Of a DNA stretch of 47,188 bases, positions 46,284 through 47,188 are shown piece after piece. Source of the DNA: a virus (Duplodnaviria; Caudoviricetes); IMG/VR virus record IMGVR_UViG_3300007778_000009, positions 1 through 47,188 of that record, one strand, 5' to 3'. The translations under genes and the position numbers were made by a program. How positions within the stretch are numbered: position 1 is the stretch's first letter; each line of letters opens with the position of its first letter. Below the pieces are notes generated by a model. It was given only the letters and a program-made list of their open reading frames with translations. It was not told the DNA's origin and did not search any database.

Positions 46284-46973
46284 ATGGCTACTAATAAATC
46301 TATTGCGACGTTTTCAACGTCAAACACGCTGCCTGCACACCTGCAAGGCGGTACCGGCCTCGGCAACGAGAACGTCGATTCAGCCGCGATCACCATTCCG
46401 CGCCTCGACATCATCCAGTCGCTCTCTCCGCAGAAGCAGAAATCCTCCCCGAAATATATTCAGGGTGCCGAAGAAGGCAAGATTTTCGACTCCGTAAGCG
46501 GTGAGCTCTACGACAATGTGTTCCTTGTGAACCTTGCTTACGAGACGAACTACGCTGTCTTCAAAGACCGTAAACTCGGTGGCGGTTTCGAGGGTACCTT
46601 CGAGTCCCAGCAAGAGGCGCTGCAATACCTCACAGACAATAACTTTGAGGTGTCGCAGTACCAGATCATCGAAACAGCGGTACATAAGTGCCTGATGCTC
46701 GACGATCAGGGTAATCCGAAGCAGCCTGTCCTGCTCTACATGGCCAGCTCTAAGCAGCGTGTTTCTAAAGAGTGGAATACGCAGATTCAGCTACAGAACA
46801 AAGGCGCAGATCGTTTCGCCACCGTCTGGACCCTGAGCACCGCTGAAGAAACTAACAAGCAGGGTCAGCCGTACTTCAACTACCGCGTCTCTTTCGCAGG
46901 CTTCGCGGGCGAAGAGTTGTACGAGGAAGCGAAGAAAAATTACTTCGCGCTGATCGCTAACCAAAAAGTCTAA
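46284..46973 (+). CDS. Putative ssDNA-binding/annealing protein
   Basis: G.G.ENV....ITIPRL.IIQSLSPQ...GAEEG.IF...SK.WNT...N..GQ.YFN pattern; own promoter; replication context. Confidence 0.55.
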   Translation: MATNKSIATFSTSNTLPAHLQGGTGLGNENVDSAAITIPRLDIIQSLSPQKQKSSPKYIQGAEEGKIFDSVSGELYDNVFLVNLAYETNYAVFKDRKLGGGFEGTFESQQEALQYLTDNNFEVSQYQIIETAVHKCLMLDDQGNPKQPVLLYMASSKQRVSKEWNTQIQLQNKGADRFATVWTLSTAEETNKQGQPYFNYRVSFAGFAGEELYEEAKKNYFALIANQKV

Positions 46974-47188
46974 TGGATCACTGATTTTTAGATCTTTTTG
47001 TTATATCCGATGATGAATCATTATTAAAAAATGAGGCATCATCGGGTATTTGTCGCCTGAAAGCGACACGAAGAGCATGCCTGCAACCGCTGGCTAAGAC
47101 TAATTCCTAGAGCTACCGAAATACACAAACGTTACTTGTCTGCATACAGCGACAAACCAGCCTAAGTGCCTCAAAACATGAAGTAATT

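Noticed and set aside
46974-47188. AT-richer tail as att site, host junction or new gene
   Set aside because: Too short; no convincing ORF, repeat or tRNA visible.

Overview
Internal 47-kb piece of a tailed dsDNA phage genome, podovirus-like and truncated at both ends, organised as two divergent arms. The minus arm (about 25.5 kb to 1) carries terS, terL, portal, scaffold, major capsid protein, head-tail adaptors, ejection-type proteins, a 2,432-aa polyvalent protein with an N-terminal SNase nuclease and an HExxH zincin motif, and fibre/appendage genes. The plus arm (25.7 kb to the end) carries many small early ORFs, a repeat-rich non-coding region resembling an origin, a 712-aa unknown plus M28/M20 peptidase pair, an HTH/Phd-like regulator, a Leu762 family A DNA polymerase, a MazG-like enzyme, a TraR-like protein, a primase-helicase, a Cas4-like nuclease, an SNF2 helicase and SSB-like proteins. 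I saw no integrase, RNA polymerase, tRNA, CRISPR array or lysis genes. The strongest unexplained signal is a 17-bp palindrome, TAGTGGCA-N-TGCCACTA, found by eye 12 times, always at gene boundaries in both arms and often overlapping sigma70-like promoters. Two of these promoters feed short leaders that end in a terminator, and one feeds a leader with three hairpins of near-identical loop. This suggests a genome-wide phage regulatory circuit, with the HTH-Phd fusion as candidate regulator. All family calls come from motif recognition by eye; no database searches were run.
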